A DNA stretch of 63,977 nucleotides, the filler included, from Hausera hauseri (Eukaryota): assembly GCA_046269625.1 (NCBI GenBank). It is 12 parts of 12 records of this genome, joined end to end, with 100 filler letters (N's around TTAATTAATTAA, not from the genome) between each part and the next. Parts side by side here need not be neighbours in the genome. Positions count along the whole stretch, not along the records: positions 48,516 to 54,325 come from JBJURY010185416.1; positions 54,426 to 59,413 come from JBJURY010369482.1; positions 59,514 to 63,977 come from JBJURY010567895.1; 9 more parts are not named here. The stretch is one strand, 5' to 3'. Shown piece after piece: positions 49,400 to 61,627 of this stretch. The notes below the pieces were generated by a model, which did no database searches, was not told where the DNA came from, and saw nothing but the letters and a program-made list of their open reading frames with translations. Made by a program: the position numbers and the translations under genes. Each line of letters starts with the position of its first letter. The stretch's first letter is position 1.

Positions 49400-51780
49400 A
49401 ACATAATTTCCGCTGTTTTCTGACTCTACGTGGCCTTTGAATTCTTGTCCGCCAAAAGCACACCTCAACAATTAGGCAGCTAATGATGCATCTATTTGAT
49501 TTTACGCTTTCGTTGTGCTTATCCCTACTAATTTTGAAAGCCAAACTTCAACTCTAATGTTTCGGAGCTTATGTAAGGATATTTTGCACTTTACATGAAC
49601 TACAGATAATTCGTGAAGCTTTTAAGTACCGGTACATACAAACTTTTGGCATCACACATTCCATTTGTTGTCCAAATATTTTTCTCCATGACAAAAAGAA
49701 GACAGGGCAGAGTGAATAAAGAATACGACTTTTCACTCTCACAGAGTCAGGTATTGTTTGCATACCATCCTTCACTAAAACCTCACACATTAGTCTTAGT
49801 TTGATGTACCATGCTACTTAAAGTAGAAGTTGGTTTACCTTATTTCTTTCTTCTCAGAATATTCCTGCCATAAAACGAGTGGCGTATTAAGTCCTCTATG
49901 ATGCAAACACACTCTTCCCAATAATAAATTTTGTTAAGCACGCAGATCTGTGACAAACTAGCAACACCTAAGCAACTTTACACATTCTTTGGTTTGAACT
50001 CTGGCCTGCTCTGTAAGCAGTCGCCAAATTGTTAACACTAAATAAACTGCTTGCGGTTAATTTCAGAAGAAACAAGTTAGTAAAAGTATTTCAGTTTTTC
50101 AGAAGGATGATACTGTGTCATGAACCAGTTGTTCGTAATCCTCAGTTCTTAATGTATTTTTTTCTTTTTGATCCCTCATATTGTGATGAATATTTTCGTA
50201 GCACTTTGGTTCGAAAAGGTCTATCATTTTCTGTAATGTTTTTTAAAAGTTCACGGTTCACACCCTTAAGTCGCCCCAGGAAAGGTGCATCTTCTTAGGA
50301 GTTTTACTTTGACTGCATTGTTGGTGTCATGCTATAACGTCTTCATACTAGTTAACCTCTACATTGCTGTGGCTAGTCTCCTTCTCCATTGCTGTATATT
50401 ATGAAGAAAAGATAATCAAAATTTGTATTAATTTCAATTTTTTCGTTATGGATAGTCGTTTTTCGTTGCGTTTTTTTTTTTCAGTTGTCATCTTTTTTTT
50501 TTTCTAAATTCTAGAAAAGTTTACTTTCTTCTCTTATTTATTAACAGACACGACCAGTTGTTCTAAATTTATAGGGTGTTTTGTAAGTACGACTGTATCA
50601 TCTGAGTCGTAGTTTGCACTGTTTTGATCTTATTTGAGGCTTCTCATTATGTTTTCTTCGCAAATGTTGAAATGGGGGAGAGCATCCACTCTTGTCTTAC
50701 TTCCATTAGTACGTCAGACCATTCTGATGTTTCTTCAGATATTCTAATAACTGCTTGTTGTTCTTGATAAAACAGTTCAATTAGGTGGATTATGCGTGTT
50801 GGAAACCCCTTTGTATTTCATGATGTTCCATAACATTTTATGCACTACACAGCCCAAAACCTTCGGTGTAATCTATGTAACACGTGTGAAGGTCTACATT
50901 GCACTAACTACACTTCTCGAAGATATTTCTCATGTTGAACATAAGGCCCGTGGTGCCCCAAGCTTCTTGGAAACAAACTTAGACCTCATGTGTTCTTCAG
51001 TTTCTTTCCAATCCTCTTCATGATGATGAGTAAAATAATGTTGCTGGCAAGGCTGACTGGTGCGATGGTGCCGTAATTTGTGCACAGGTTTAGTAACTTT
51101 CAGCCGTAGGGGGATTTACATTTGTATTTCCATTCTTTGGTTAGGGCGCCATTGTTCCAGATCTTCAAACAGGGGCGCTAACCCCCCTCATGCCTGAATT
51201 AATTCTGCTGTTATCTCATCACAAGCTGGTGATTTCCCTTTCGTTGGACTTATGATTGTTGAGAGTGATTCATCTACCATTAGATCTGGCTCTCTTTCTC
51301 TGTCTGACTTTATTCCTTATGGATCACGTTTAATATCTTTAAACAGTACTTTTACTATGTTGTCGTTTTCTCGTAGCGTCTTTCTCTTGCTGTCATCTAT
51401 TGCCTGTAAATGTGGTTTGAATTCACCAGTTAATGCTTTAATTTTTTATAATATATCTCCATGGTTTCCGTCGTTTTACAAAACTTCTGTTCTATTGCAT
51501 TCATTTCTTATATAATGTTTTCGTCTTTCCTTGTCTTACGTTTTTCACCTGCTCCTTTTACATTCCTTCTTCCATGTTCGTCTCATTCCTTCATATGCTA
51601 TGTAGTTCTGTTTCTTTTGGAATTTTCTGGTTATCGTTTCTTGTGCTGCACTGATTAGGAAATCTCTCGTGTTGGCACCCAAGTTGTCACATCTCATATC
51701 CTTTTGTACTGCCGTCAGTACTTGGAATTTATTTTTGTCGTAGAACAGCATCATACTGATTATTACTAGCCATATTATCT
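49400..51780 (-). mobile_element. Highly decayed RTE-like non-LTR retrotransposon
   Basis: Remnants CTNYGTIAPVSLASNIILLII (cf. CSNYRTISLISHASKILL), VRQEWMLSP (cf. VRQGCILSP) and DDTVVL. Boundaries approximate. Confidence 0.6.
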
Positions 51781-52013
51781 TTTTGTCTGAGTCGCATTCG
51801 ACAATTAAATCAGTTAAAACATTTCAAATTACCAGCTTTCAATCTGATAATATTAAGTCGTGTTATGATTAATAAAAATTGCGTTGTGCCGATGTGAATA
51901 ATTTCTTGTATAGTGGAGGCCCATGCACCGTTTGGAAAATAAAATGAGAAAGGATTAGATATTTATGTTGCATTTTCAAACGTTATTATTTCATGTATTT
52001 TCGATTTTTCCAG

Positions 52014-52121
52014 ATACAGCAGAACACCATCTGAGTTACTCAAAATAAGCAGCAAGTGTGAAAAATGGTTGGAATATTCTTCATTGTCCTGTTTGTCACT
52101 GTTGCCTTTCAAGGGGCTTTT
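52014..52121 (+). CDS. Possible first coding exon (signal peptide) of a secreted protein
   Basis: TTCCAG acceptor at 52013, ATG at 52065, MVGIFFIVLFVTVAFQGAF, then a perfect GTAAGT donor at 52122. Confidence 0.5.
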
Positions 52122-53959
52122 GTAAGTTTGCGTGATTTGTTTTTAAAGTGGCAATAATGAACATTTATTAATCTTAGACAATGACATTAAAATGTTAATC
52201 GCCAATACATTCTATTACTTTAAAATGTTACGTAATACCCGTACTGCTTTAAGCACACGAAACTTAGACAATAAATGAACAAAAGAAAGTAACGACGAGA
52301 AATGTGCTATAAGAGAACATCCCTGGTGGTCTGCGAAGGGGTTCAGTAATCTGTATTAAACTATGCCATAGTTACAGGAGGAAAATTGGCATGGAGGAAT
52401 ACTCATCCCAAAATGCTGAGCCGGAGATTTATTTCGTCTGAATAGTTTCTACATTTGGGATGATCATTTCCCAGCCATATTTTGGTGTCTTTACAGAATA
52501 TATGAACTACGTTATCGGAGAACTGCTAGACAGAATGATATTAATAACCGTGGATAAAGAGTACATTCTGGAAAGTAAACGTAAACAATCTAGAAGAATC
52601 AGTCCATGATTTTAAGCCGGATAAGGTCAATGACAATTAAAAGCATTTACACATTCGATATTTATTTACAATGCAGTTATTACCACGTTGTTGTCAATAT
52701 TTTAATGCATCATACGGGTGTTTGTATATAAAATGTATCTATTTATAATATCCTGCAATTTTCTGGTTACCGTATCATTTAAATTGTAAAAATCCAGTGA
52801 TGGTTCTCATGGGCAAGTCTACACAATGAGAATACAGATATTGAACCAAGCGGGATTGAATCATTCAGCTATAGTCAACTGTAACAATAAAATTAGAAGA
52901 CAACGTGATTGTACAAGCCCTTGGCAGTCCCACTTACTACGGGTTTATGAACATTATACTTACATAGAATTACCTCCCTCTAAAAGTGATCAAATTCCAA
53001 AGAAACAACACCAAACAGGAAAGTAGTTCACCGTATAAACCGAAAACCAAAAAAGAAGCAAGGATTTGAATATGTTGTGCCGATATTGTCACAAAAGGAC
53101 TGTGGATATGAAGACAAAATTACAAGAGGAGAATATACCAAACAACACGGAATTATAGGATATTTGCATGACAATGACCTTAGATATAAATAAAAACTAT
53201 TGCACACGTTGATGAAAAAAAGATAACTGATTATCAAAATAGAAATTCTGTATTTGCAGATTCAAAACTCAACTGTATAATGGAGATTGTACAAACGAAA
53301 TAAGCATACAGATATTGACTACATTACTTATGGTATGGGAAGTGCCACTGGTAAAGCCACTTATTGACAATATTTGAAGCTGGCTAGTCTTTGATCCACG
53401 GTCATCGATAGTCAGCTCTTGTTGACCTTCACGCGATTATGTGGTACTTTGCAGTTCTAATAAGCGGTTGTTGCCTGCCACATTCGACACTGTCTATGTT
53501 TGGTTTGTCTGGTAGCATAATCTGTCAAAGATTCTGAAGCGCGGGGAAAGACGGCAGGTGTATACAGAATAAAAGAATTAGGCTGCCGTAAGACTATACA
53601 GTACAATGGAGCAGTGAAAAAATTAGATGTCTTTTTTCGCCATCCTCGTAAAATTCCACTACTCAATTTTAATTTTTGTTTCACTACTTCAAGGTGGTAC
53701 TCCATTGTCTCATTCATGTTGCAGCTGAATAAGTGCATTGAGCTGAGATCCTCAGTTTTGTTTTCGGTTTTAGCTTGTGAGCATATATTCATCCAATCTT
53801 CTCTACAGTTGCTCTTGATTATTTGTTTCACTGTTGGTAAACTTAATAGATATTCTGTCTGGGATATTTTCTCTCCCAATTTTGCCTGTTTGCCTCATTC
53901 ATTGTAATGATTGTGTGACCTGATATCCACTACATGTATACCTCGTACCATAATAAAAT

Positions 53960-54325
53960 GATAATTACAGGTGAGCAGACACTGGGAACTGGAAGAACGA
54001 TGTCGTATGTAGATGACATTCTGGTATACCGCCAAGGAGCCGATCGAGAGCAGGTAGTCAGTGAGCTACAGGGTGAGTTAGACCGCTTGGGAAGTTGGTG
54101 TGGTGACTCGGGGGCGCAGGTCAATCCTAGGAAGGCATCTGTGACATGGTTCTCTCTGAACAACCACATTGTCAATACACCAACGCCTACTGTCAGCTTG
54201 TGCGGGTCGGTGTTGGAAAGAACGAATACTATGAAATACCTGGGGGTGCACTTTGATAGAAGTCTACGTTTCAAAGACCATGTAGACCACATCATAATGA
54301 AAGCCAGAAAAGGCCTGGCAGCGAT
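53960..54325 (+). mobile_element. Non-LTR retrotransposon RT fragment (I/Jockey-like)
   Basis: SYVDDILVY...LQGELDRLGSWC...VNPRKA...KYLGVHFDRSLRFKDHV. Confidence 0.9.
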
Positions 54326-54735
54326 NNNNNNNNNNNNNNNNNNNNNNNNNNNNNNNNNNNNNNNNNNNNTTAATTAATTAANNNNNNNNNNNNNNNNNNN
54401 NNNNNNNNNNNNNNNNNNNNNNNNNATTGGGTTTTTAAACACAAATATTGACAGACTCAAAAATTGCGAGTACTTAAACCTTAATGACAAAGAAAATTTA
54501 AATACAAGACAGACGCGCAAATAAAGACAAATAAAAGACAAATAAAGACATTAACTAGAGACGTATATTATTTGCATCAAGAGAGAATTTAACAGATTTA
54601 ACAAACGCAAAACAAATAGTAATATTTAAAATTCCGCCTAAACAAAATAACCGACGTAAATTTAACGACATAAACATAGTTGATTACGTGAACAATTTTG
54701 AAACAGTTGGAACAAATAATTAAAATATAAATAAA

Positions 54736-57664
54736 ATGACGACAGATAATCCTGCAGCCAAAAAGAAACTAGACATCTACACGTATTAGTTTTTGAACCT
54801 ACAGGCGTATGATGGTGACCCGGAGGGGTTAAATGAATTCCTTAGGACTTCTAAACTTCATGCTGAAGGCGTAAGAATGGAACATGAACAAATAATTAAA
54901 CGTTTATCGCTATATTTAAAAAATCTAGCCGCTGATGCCTACGCTGAGTTAACTAATGAGGAAAAGCAAAATTGGTCCTCATTGGTAGGAGCCCTCAACA
55001 GAAAATTATTGCAAACAGTAACCCTACAACAGAAATTAATGGCGTTTCAAAATAGAATTCAACAGAAGGACGAAGCGGTCACCCAGTTTACGTTTGCCTT
55101 CAAGAAATTGACAAATAGTTATTTAAATTCGTTAAGAATTGCAAACGTAGCTAAAGCAAAAGATAACGCTGAACGCGATGCATATGAAAAAGCAACCCCT
55201 TCTGATTTATTTCATGATGACGACACAAAATGGAATTTGGTCAAGAGACCTGGTGAAACAATTAATATTAGCGACACCAGAAAATTTGAGAAAACATTCC
55301 AGCTGGCAAAGACTTAGAAATGACATTAGATAGATATGCCAGACAAGATTACCGTTATGACAGAAACAGCTACCGTATTGAACGAAATAATAAAAATAGA
55401 AATAACGGATGGTTTGTTGACAATAACAGAAGTAGGAATTATGACTATAGAAAATAGAAGGGTAACAACAGAAACTCGTGTAATGAGAATAAAACTTTAG
55501 AAACTATCGGAGTTCAAGTAACTCGAATATGAAACCAAACTATAGTTCACACAGAAATCAAAATAGCTGTAGAGGCAGTAATAATGGAAATAGATACAAC
55601 GATGGAAACTGTTATACTGACAATAGAAGCAATGACAATAAATATAACGAGGACAATAGACAAGGAATGTTCAATCAAAATAGCAATAGAAACCTGAGTA
55701 AGCAATCGCCTGTCAATGAAGATGGCCGACAGAGAATCGGCCGGAATGAAAACTTAATTTGTCAGACATGTGGCGAAGAAGATCATATACCGAGATCATG
55801 CCCAAATCCACGAAATGTTTCATTCACTGAATCTAATAAGACCAACATGATTAAAACTAAGGAAAATTTAGAAAGACTTTATGGCTATCGAGGTGACATG
55901 AACATGATTTTGGAGTTACAAGATTTACGAAGATATATAAAAAGTCAAGGTGAAACTAGGACCCCACAAATGTTGAAAGCCAAAAGCGAAGGTGAAAATA
56001 AATTGCGATTGAATGGAAGTCTATCGTGGAATACAAGAACCAAAATCAGAATATAAATATTCGCTAGAACCAAACTATGCTATTATGATCCGTAAAAAGA
56101 ACATTCATGTAATCTCTATAGTGGCAAATAAAACAGAAGTGCCAACATCTTTTAACGTAGACTTAGAAGCAGAATCTAAACCAGTAACAGAGAATTCGAG
56201 TAAGGCTACTGACGAAATTGAAAGTGAATGTAGCTCCACTGGTGCTCAAAATAAGGAATAAGAGAGTCAGAAGTCATCAATAAAAAGGAAACAGAAAAGT
56301 CGTTCACGGTCACCCATGAAGAAAGAAAATCCGGAGAAAAGGGAACAAATTAGCATTGTTATAGGAGATGATTCGAGCATAAACACCCCAAATGTAGAGC
56401 CAATAGAAACGTCGAATACTCCAAAAATAACTGAAGAACTGAGAGATATGAGTAATAAAATAAATGAGACATGTCCGTTACCAGTAAGCGAAGATGAAAC
56501 AGATCGAACGGAACAAACCGAGAATTTTGATAGAAAAAAGTAGAAAGTTAGAAAATCATGGAAAAATGGTGACGAGTTAAAGGAGATTAGAAACGCTCCG
56601 ACTGATCCGGAAACAATACGACAAAATTTAGAGAAACTCGAACGAATAATAGCGCAGATGGATGTGTCCGGTAAGGTGCAACAATTTGACGAGAAAATGT
56701 ACAAAAGATTAAAAATGTATAGTGAAAAGAAACATGAGGAAGAAAAAGACTCATAGGAGTCAATGAAACACCGCGAGAACTGTTAGAAAATGGAAAAAGA
56801 AATTAAACTCTTGGATAAAAAGTGGAATCGAATTCGACGAGGTACACAGCGACAGAAATGAAAAAGTCGAAACCAAGTTAAAATGGGCTCAAAATTTATT
56901 GAGAACGTTAGAAGCAGATCCGAAGCTAAAACGAGTGAAACGAGATTTCATAAACCTGATGAATGAAATTGAATATGCGATGATTTTTCACCTCAAAAAT
57001 AATCCGGTGAATGAACGAGATGAAAATTAATTAGAAGTATTGGGCACAGACCCAATAGACATTTTGTACCTAATGGAAATATGTAAAGTCGCGTTTACCG
57101 CACCTAAGAAATATACGAATATAGAAGCTCGCATGGAATCAGAAGACAGAAGATGAAAAATAAAATAACCAACATGAATAATGAAGAAATGCAGAACGTA
57201 ACTAAGCGTGTATCTTAGAACTAGTCGAGTATAAGAATGAATTTAGCTATACTAAACAAATTATGGATTATATAAAAGGTCCAGACGACAAATTAAAAGA
57301 TGCATACGAAATGTGGGAAAATGCAATATATGCTAAACCGATAAGAGCCAACCAATTCAAAGAATGGTCAGAATTACCGCGAAGAACAGGTCACTTAATA
57401 AACTATCGTCTAAAAGAATTTTCGATCAGTGACCCAATATCGAAACAACAGTTAAAAGAAATTTTACAACATATAGACACTATGCGGATTGAAATAGATA
57501 TCCGAACTCAAATCAGTACACTACTACAGCTGAACTTTATGAGTAAAAACCAAGAAATAACAACACTGAAAGAAATATATAAAATGACTGAGGAAACAGA
57601 ATTTAAGATACAACGAGAGATGATTTGTAAAATCCGTCCGAAACTAAGAATCATTCTTAAATGA
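54736..57664 (+). mobile_element. Gypsy gag (capsid + CCHC knuckle) with a long decayed extension
   Basis: YDGDPEGLNEFL...LYLKNLAADAY...W..L...L capsid pattern, QQKDEAVTQF, and CQTCGEEDHIPRSC at about 55760-55800. No protease recognised downstream. Confidence 0.85.
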
Positions 57665-59513
57665 CATGTTTTTTATGAAACAGTCTATTAAAATGACCGG
57701 ATATAACGAAAGACAAAAAATGAAAAACAAGTAAAACGTGAAACATTTATTTTGTTTTACGATTGGTTTATCCGCCGAGGCGTAGGATTCTTCCATTGAG
57801 GAGAGAGCCGGATTGTTCCTTGCAGCACGACATGGACGAGTCGGAGCGTCGTCCGAACTGGAGTACGCCGGTGTTGGTTTTTGTCGTATCGGCTGCAGCC
57901 GGCGTCGACGGCGCGGTATGGGAACTTCGTCTGGGCTGGAGCTCACTGTCCTAGCCTGCGGTTTGTCAACGGTTCGACGGTCAGGGATCAACTGGTTCTC
58001 CGATAGAGCCAGAAATTCGTAGAGGCGGTCGGCGGCCGCCATCAGTCTTAAGAAGACCGGTAAGAAAACCGACAAGTCGAAAAGACGCCGATTTTCCCCG
58101 TCCTCATAAAACCGATGGAGTGTTCCACCGGGTAAAGAATAGGGATCCTTCCGCCCCAGCCTGGTCAAGTGCCGTACGAAACGGCTCCGTTGTAGCAGCT
58201 CCCATACCGTCAGAAAGTCCGAGTAGGACCGGCACGGGGCTCGCCTGTTGGTGTCACGATGTCGTCTGCCGCGTGAGACGGTATTCTGCCGGGCAGTGTT
58301 GCCGCTCTTTTGATCGACCTTGTTCCAGTGAGGCGACGCGGCTGTCGGTGTTGTTTTCCGCTTTGGAGTGTACTGGTCGGAGTATCTTGGGAATGCGATA
58401 CCCCGGAATCGGTATGATCTTCCTTTCGCCAAGGGTGGAGTTTGGTTGTACGGCTGCATTGGCTAGGATGGCCTTTGTGTCTTTCCTGACGACTGGTTCT
58501 CCGGGTTTCGCTATCCTGGTTGTCGACATCTGACCCTTTCCGAATGTTTTTAGTGCTTCTGGCGTGTTTATCATCTTTTGAGTCGTTGTTCTGTTTTCTT
58601 ATTCTGTATATATATTTTTGAAATGATTCTCTCTGCTTTTTTGAATATTTCTGTTCTCTTTTAAACTGTGGATTCAAACAAATGGATTTGAATCCACAGA
58701 TTCTGAATGTTAATAATTTTGCAAGTGCTGGTCACTTCGGCACTTGTAATCCCGATTTTTAATTTTTATTTTATTTTTTATTTTTTTGTGTAGTTTCGTG
58801 TGGAAAAAAATTTTGGCGTTAAACGAATCCGGGATTTTGTTTTTGATAAATTTTTAGCATTAAGAAATTAAATTTTATTTGAGATTCTAAATTTTATTTA
58901 AATTTTATTGTTATCATAAGAATTTATTTAACATATTAATTTTTTGCTAATGCTTGAATTTTGTAAAGCAAAGCTTTACAGTAAGCATCCGATGGGTGTG
59001 CATTATGCCGGATGCAATATGTAATTGTGTTTACAAATTCGGCAATATGGCATAGGATTTGCCTGGAATCGGGCTCGATCTATACAATATAAACATAGCA
59101 TGTGCAAGCAGGGCGTAAGTCTGTATACTACATGGGGGATTACTCGTTATTCCATACATTCTGGGAAATCTGAAAATAAGTAAAATTAATTGAGATTCAA
59201 TTCAATTTTATTAAGATCTATACAATGATCAGTGTCTTCAATATAAAATGAATTCTATAAGTAGTTATGCAGTCTATGTAGATGGGCTTGAACTAACAGT
59301 GATGTATACGTAAAAATAATGGTGGTATGTAATAACTGCTTACTTAAACGAATTATGAATACTGGGTCTGTCGAGAAGTTTGCAGTAATAGGGTGACGGC
59401 TAAGATTGAAGAANNNNNNNNNNNNNNNNNNNNNNNNNNNNNNNNNNNNNNNNNNNNTTAATTAATTAANNNNNNNNNNNNNNNNNNNNNNNNNNNNNNN
59501 NNNNNNNNNNNNN

Positions 59514-59985
59514 AACATGAGCTTCAGTTTCAACAATGAACCGTCAATCTATAAGAAAGTTAACCACTGATCTGAAAAGATGGTAGTCCGATGGAGCAAG
59601 GTATGGACTGTACGGTGGATGGGGCAGGATTTTCATTTCAAGTTCCTAAAGTTTTCGCCGTGTTTGAACTGAGGTGTGTGCACTTGCGTTATCTTGTTGG
59701 ATAAGAACCCGTTTGGGATTAACTAGTGCTGGGTAACGGTTTCCTAAGGCTTCATAAACACGTTCCAATTGTTTGGAGTATAAGTCTGCATTGATGGCAC
59801 TCCATTCAGGAACCAGCTCGGAGTAAATAATCCCATCGTAGTTCCACCAAGTACAAAGCATTATTTTCTTTTCCAAGCGCTCTTTTCTGGGGACAGGAAG
59901 TGGTTCTTGACCAGGACCAAGCCACTAATTTTATTGATTAGGATTTCTGAAGTAAAGCCATTTTTCGTCGCAGGTGACAAATAGT
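59514..59985 (-). mobile_element. mariner (DD34D-type) transposase fragment
   Basis: TCDEKW, KIMLCTWW, QQDNASAH, HPPYSPYLAPSDYHLF. Confidence 0.95.
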
Positions 59986-60899
59986 AACTATGTGCATGCA
60001 CCAAATATTTCGTCAGCGCTTCACACAACTAATGAAATTCTATTAAAAAAGATGGGACAATGTTCGATCATGGACACCATGAGAAAAAGAATTAGGAAAT
60101 AGATAGGTCACATGGCATGTAGATAAAATGGCAACATTACAGCCTCAGGGCCGAAGGAAGGCCTGTACAGCAACAAAATCCTGTAAAAGTAGACTTTACA
60201 AAAAATAATGAATCCAGGAGATGCGTCACTGAACGAGATAAAAATAAACGCGATGGATTGTCAGAAATCGAGATCTGCTCGGGGAACCACACGGAAACTG
60301 TGGCAGTGATAAAGTTAAACATCGGAGCGCCACATGCGTTTAAATGATTGTGTTTTTAAATAATATTTTTTGTAACAAAACGGAACATACAATGGTGATG
60401 TCGTTACCACCACGCTTGGCCGCCTTAAAGTGCCAAGAAAAATATCATCGATGCTCATTCACAGCGGGGTGAAATGGAGGCCCGCATATTTCGGCAGACA
60501 GACAGACAGTTATTATATTTCAAAGACGACTGGTTTACACTAAGAAGATGGATCCCTGGTCCAAGGCTGGAAGGTATATAACTTATTCTTACATGATATT
60601 AACGAGCATTTTGAAATGGAAGCAACCATAAGTTGAGAAACGGCTTCGCTAGCAAGAATATACGAATACTTGTCACTACTACTAACTCTGACTGAGCTTT
60701 GTTCTTTGCTGTTAACTGGATTGGATATCGGAGTAGGTATGGAATTGAGAGAGTGAGTAGTGGTGATTATCCTCGAGAAAGAAACACATCAGCAAACCTC
60801 AAGAGAAAACAAAAATATTAATTCATAAAACATTAGGTTGGGGGAGTGGCTTTGCTCCTCTAAACTTATTAATTATTAATTAAGTTTTTATTAATTTGA

Positions 60900-61627
60900 A
60901 TTAATTTGTTTTCTACGTTTTAAAAATTTATAGCTTTTCTTATTAATTCACTTAAAGTAGAAACATCACTTTCAATTAGCTGTCTTTGGAATTTAAGGCT
61001 ATTAAGTCTAGTGATAAAACAATCTATCAAAATTGGATCCATTGCAAAAACCTTAGGCGCACCTTTTTCATCTTTGGCGGTATCTTCCTTCTCCCATGCT
61101 TCCTTATAACGTTTACCAAGTAACTGAAGGGCGAAAGCAAATTTATTAACAGATTCTCCTGGTAGTTAGACTCTAGACCGTAGACTTCTTAGTTTTGCAT
61201 TTGAGGATGGATCGGGATCCAAGTTTCTTCTAAGTACATCGACAAATTTATCCCAACTCATTTTCTCCTTTTCCTCAATTTGCAGATAAGCTTGTAAAGC
61301 AATTCCTTCCAAATGTGCAACTAAATGTTTAATTTTCTCCTTATCATTCCATTCTAATCCGTCTGCTTGTGCTGCGTATAATAATATAAAATCATCAAAT
61401 TCCGTGGTTTCCCCGGAATAGCGTCCTAAATTTAGGTTTGCAAATGTGGACATTCTCTGTACTTGCGAATATTTAAACTCTTCTGTAGGGGTGATAGCAC
61501 TATGTTCAGTAACGTATCTTATAATGTTTTCACTTATGACTACCTTTTCGTCGAATGACCTTTTCAACTTACTAGCCAGACCAGAGAAATATTAAATTCG
61601 AAAATCGGGTCCTGGCGTGGTCTCCCA
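60900..61627 (-). mobile_element. Gypsy gag fragment with a putative primer-binding site
   Basis: YSGETTEFDDF...HLEGIALQAY...WDKFVDVL capsid pattern, then *LPGESVNKFAFAL. Minus-strand TGGGAGACCACGCCAGGACC at 61627-61608 resembles a tRNA-Arg PBS. The LTR probably lies to the right. Confidence 0.8.
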
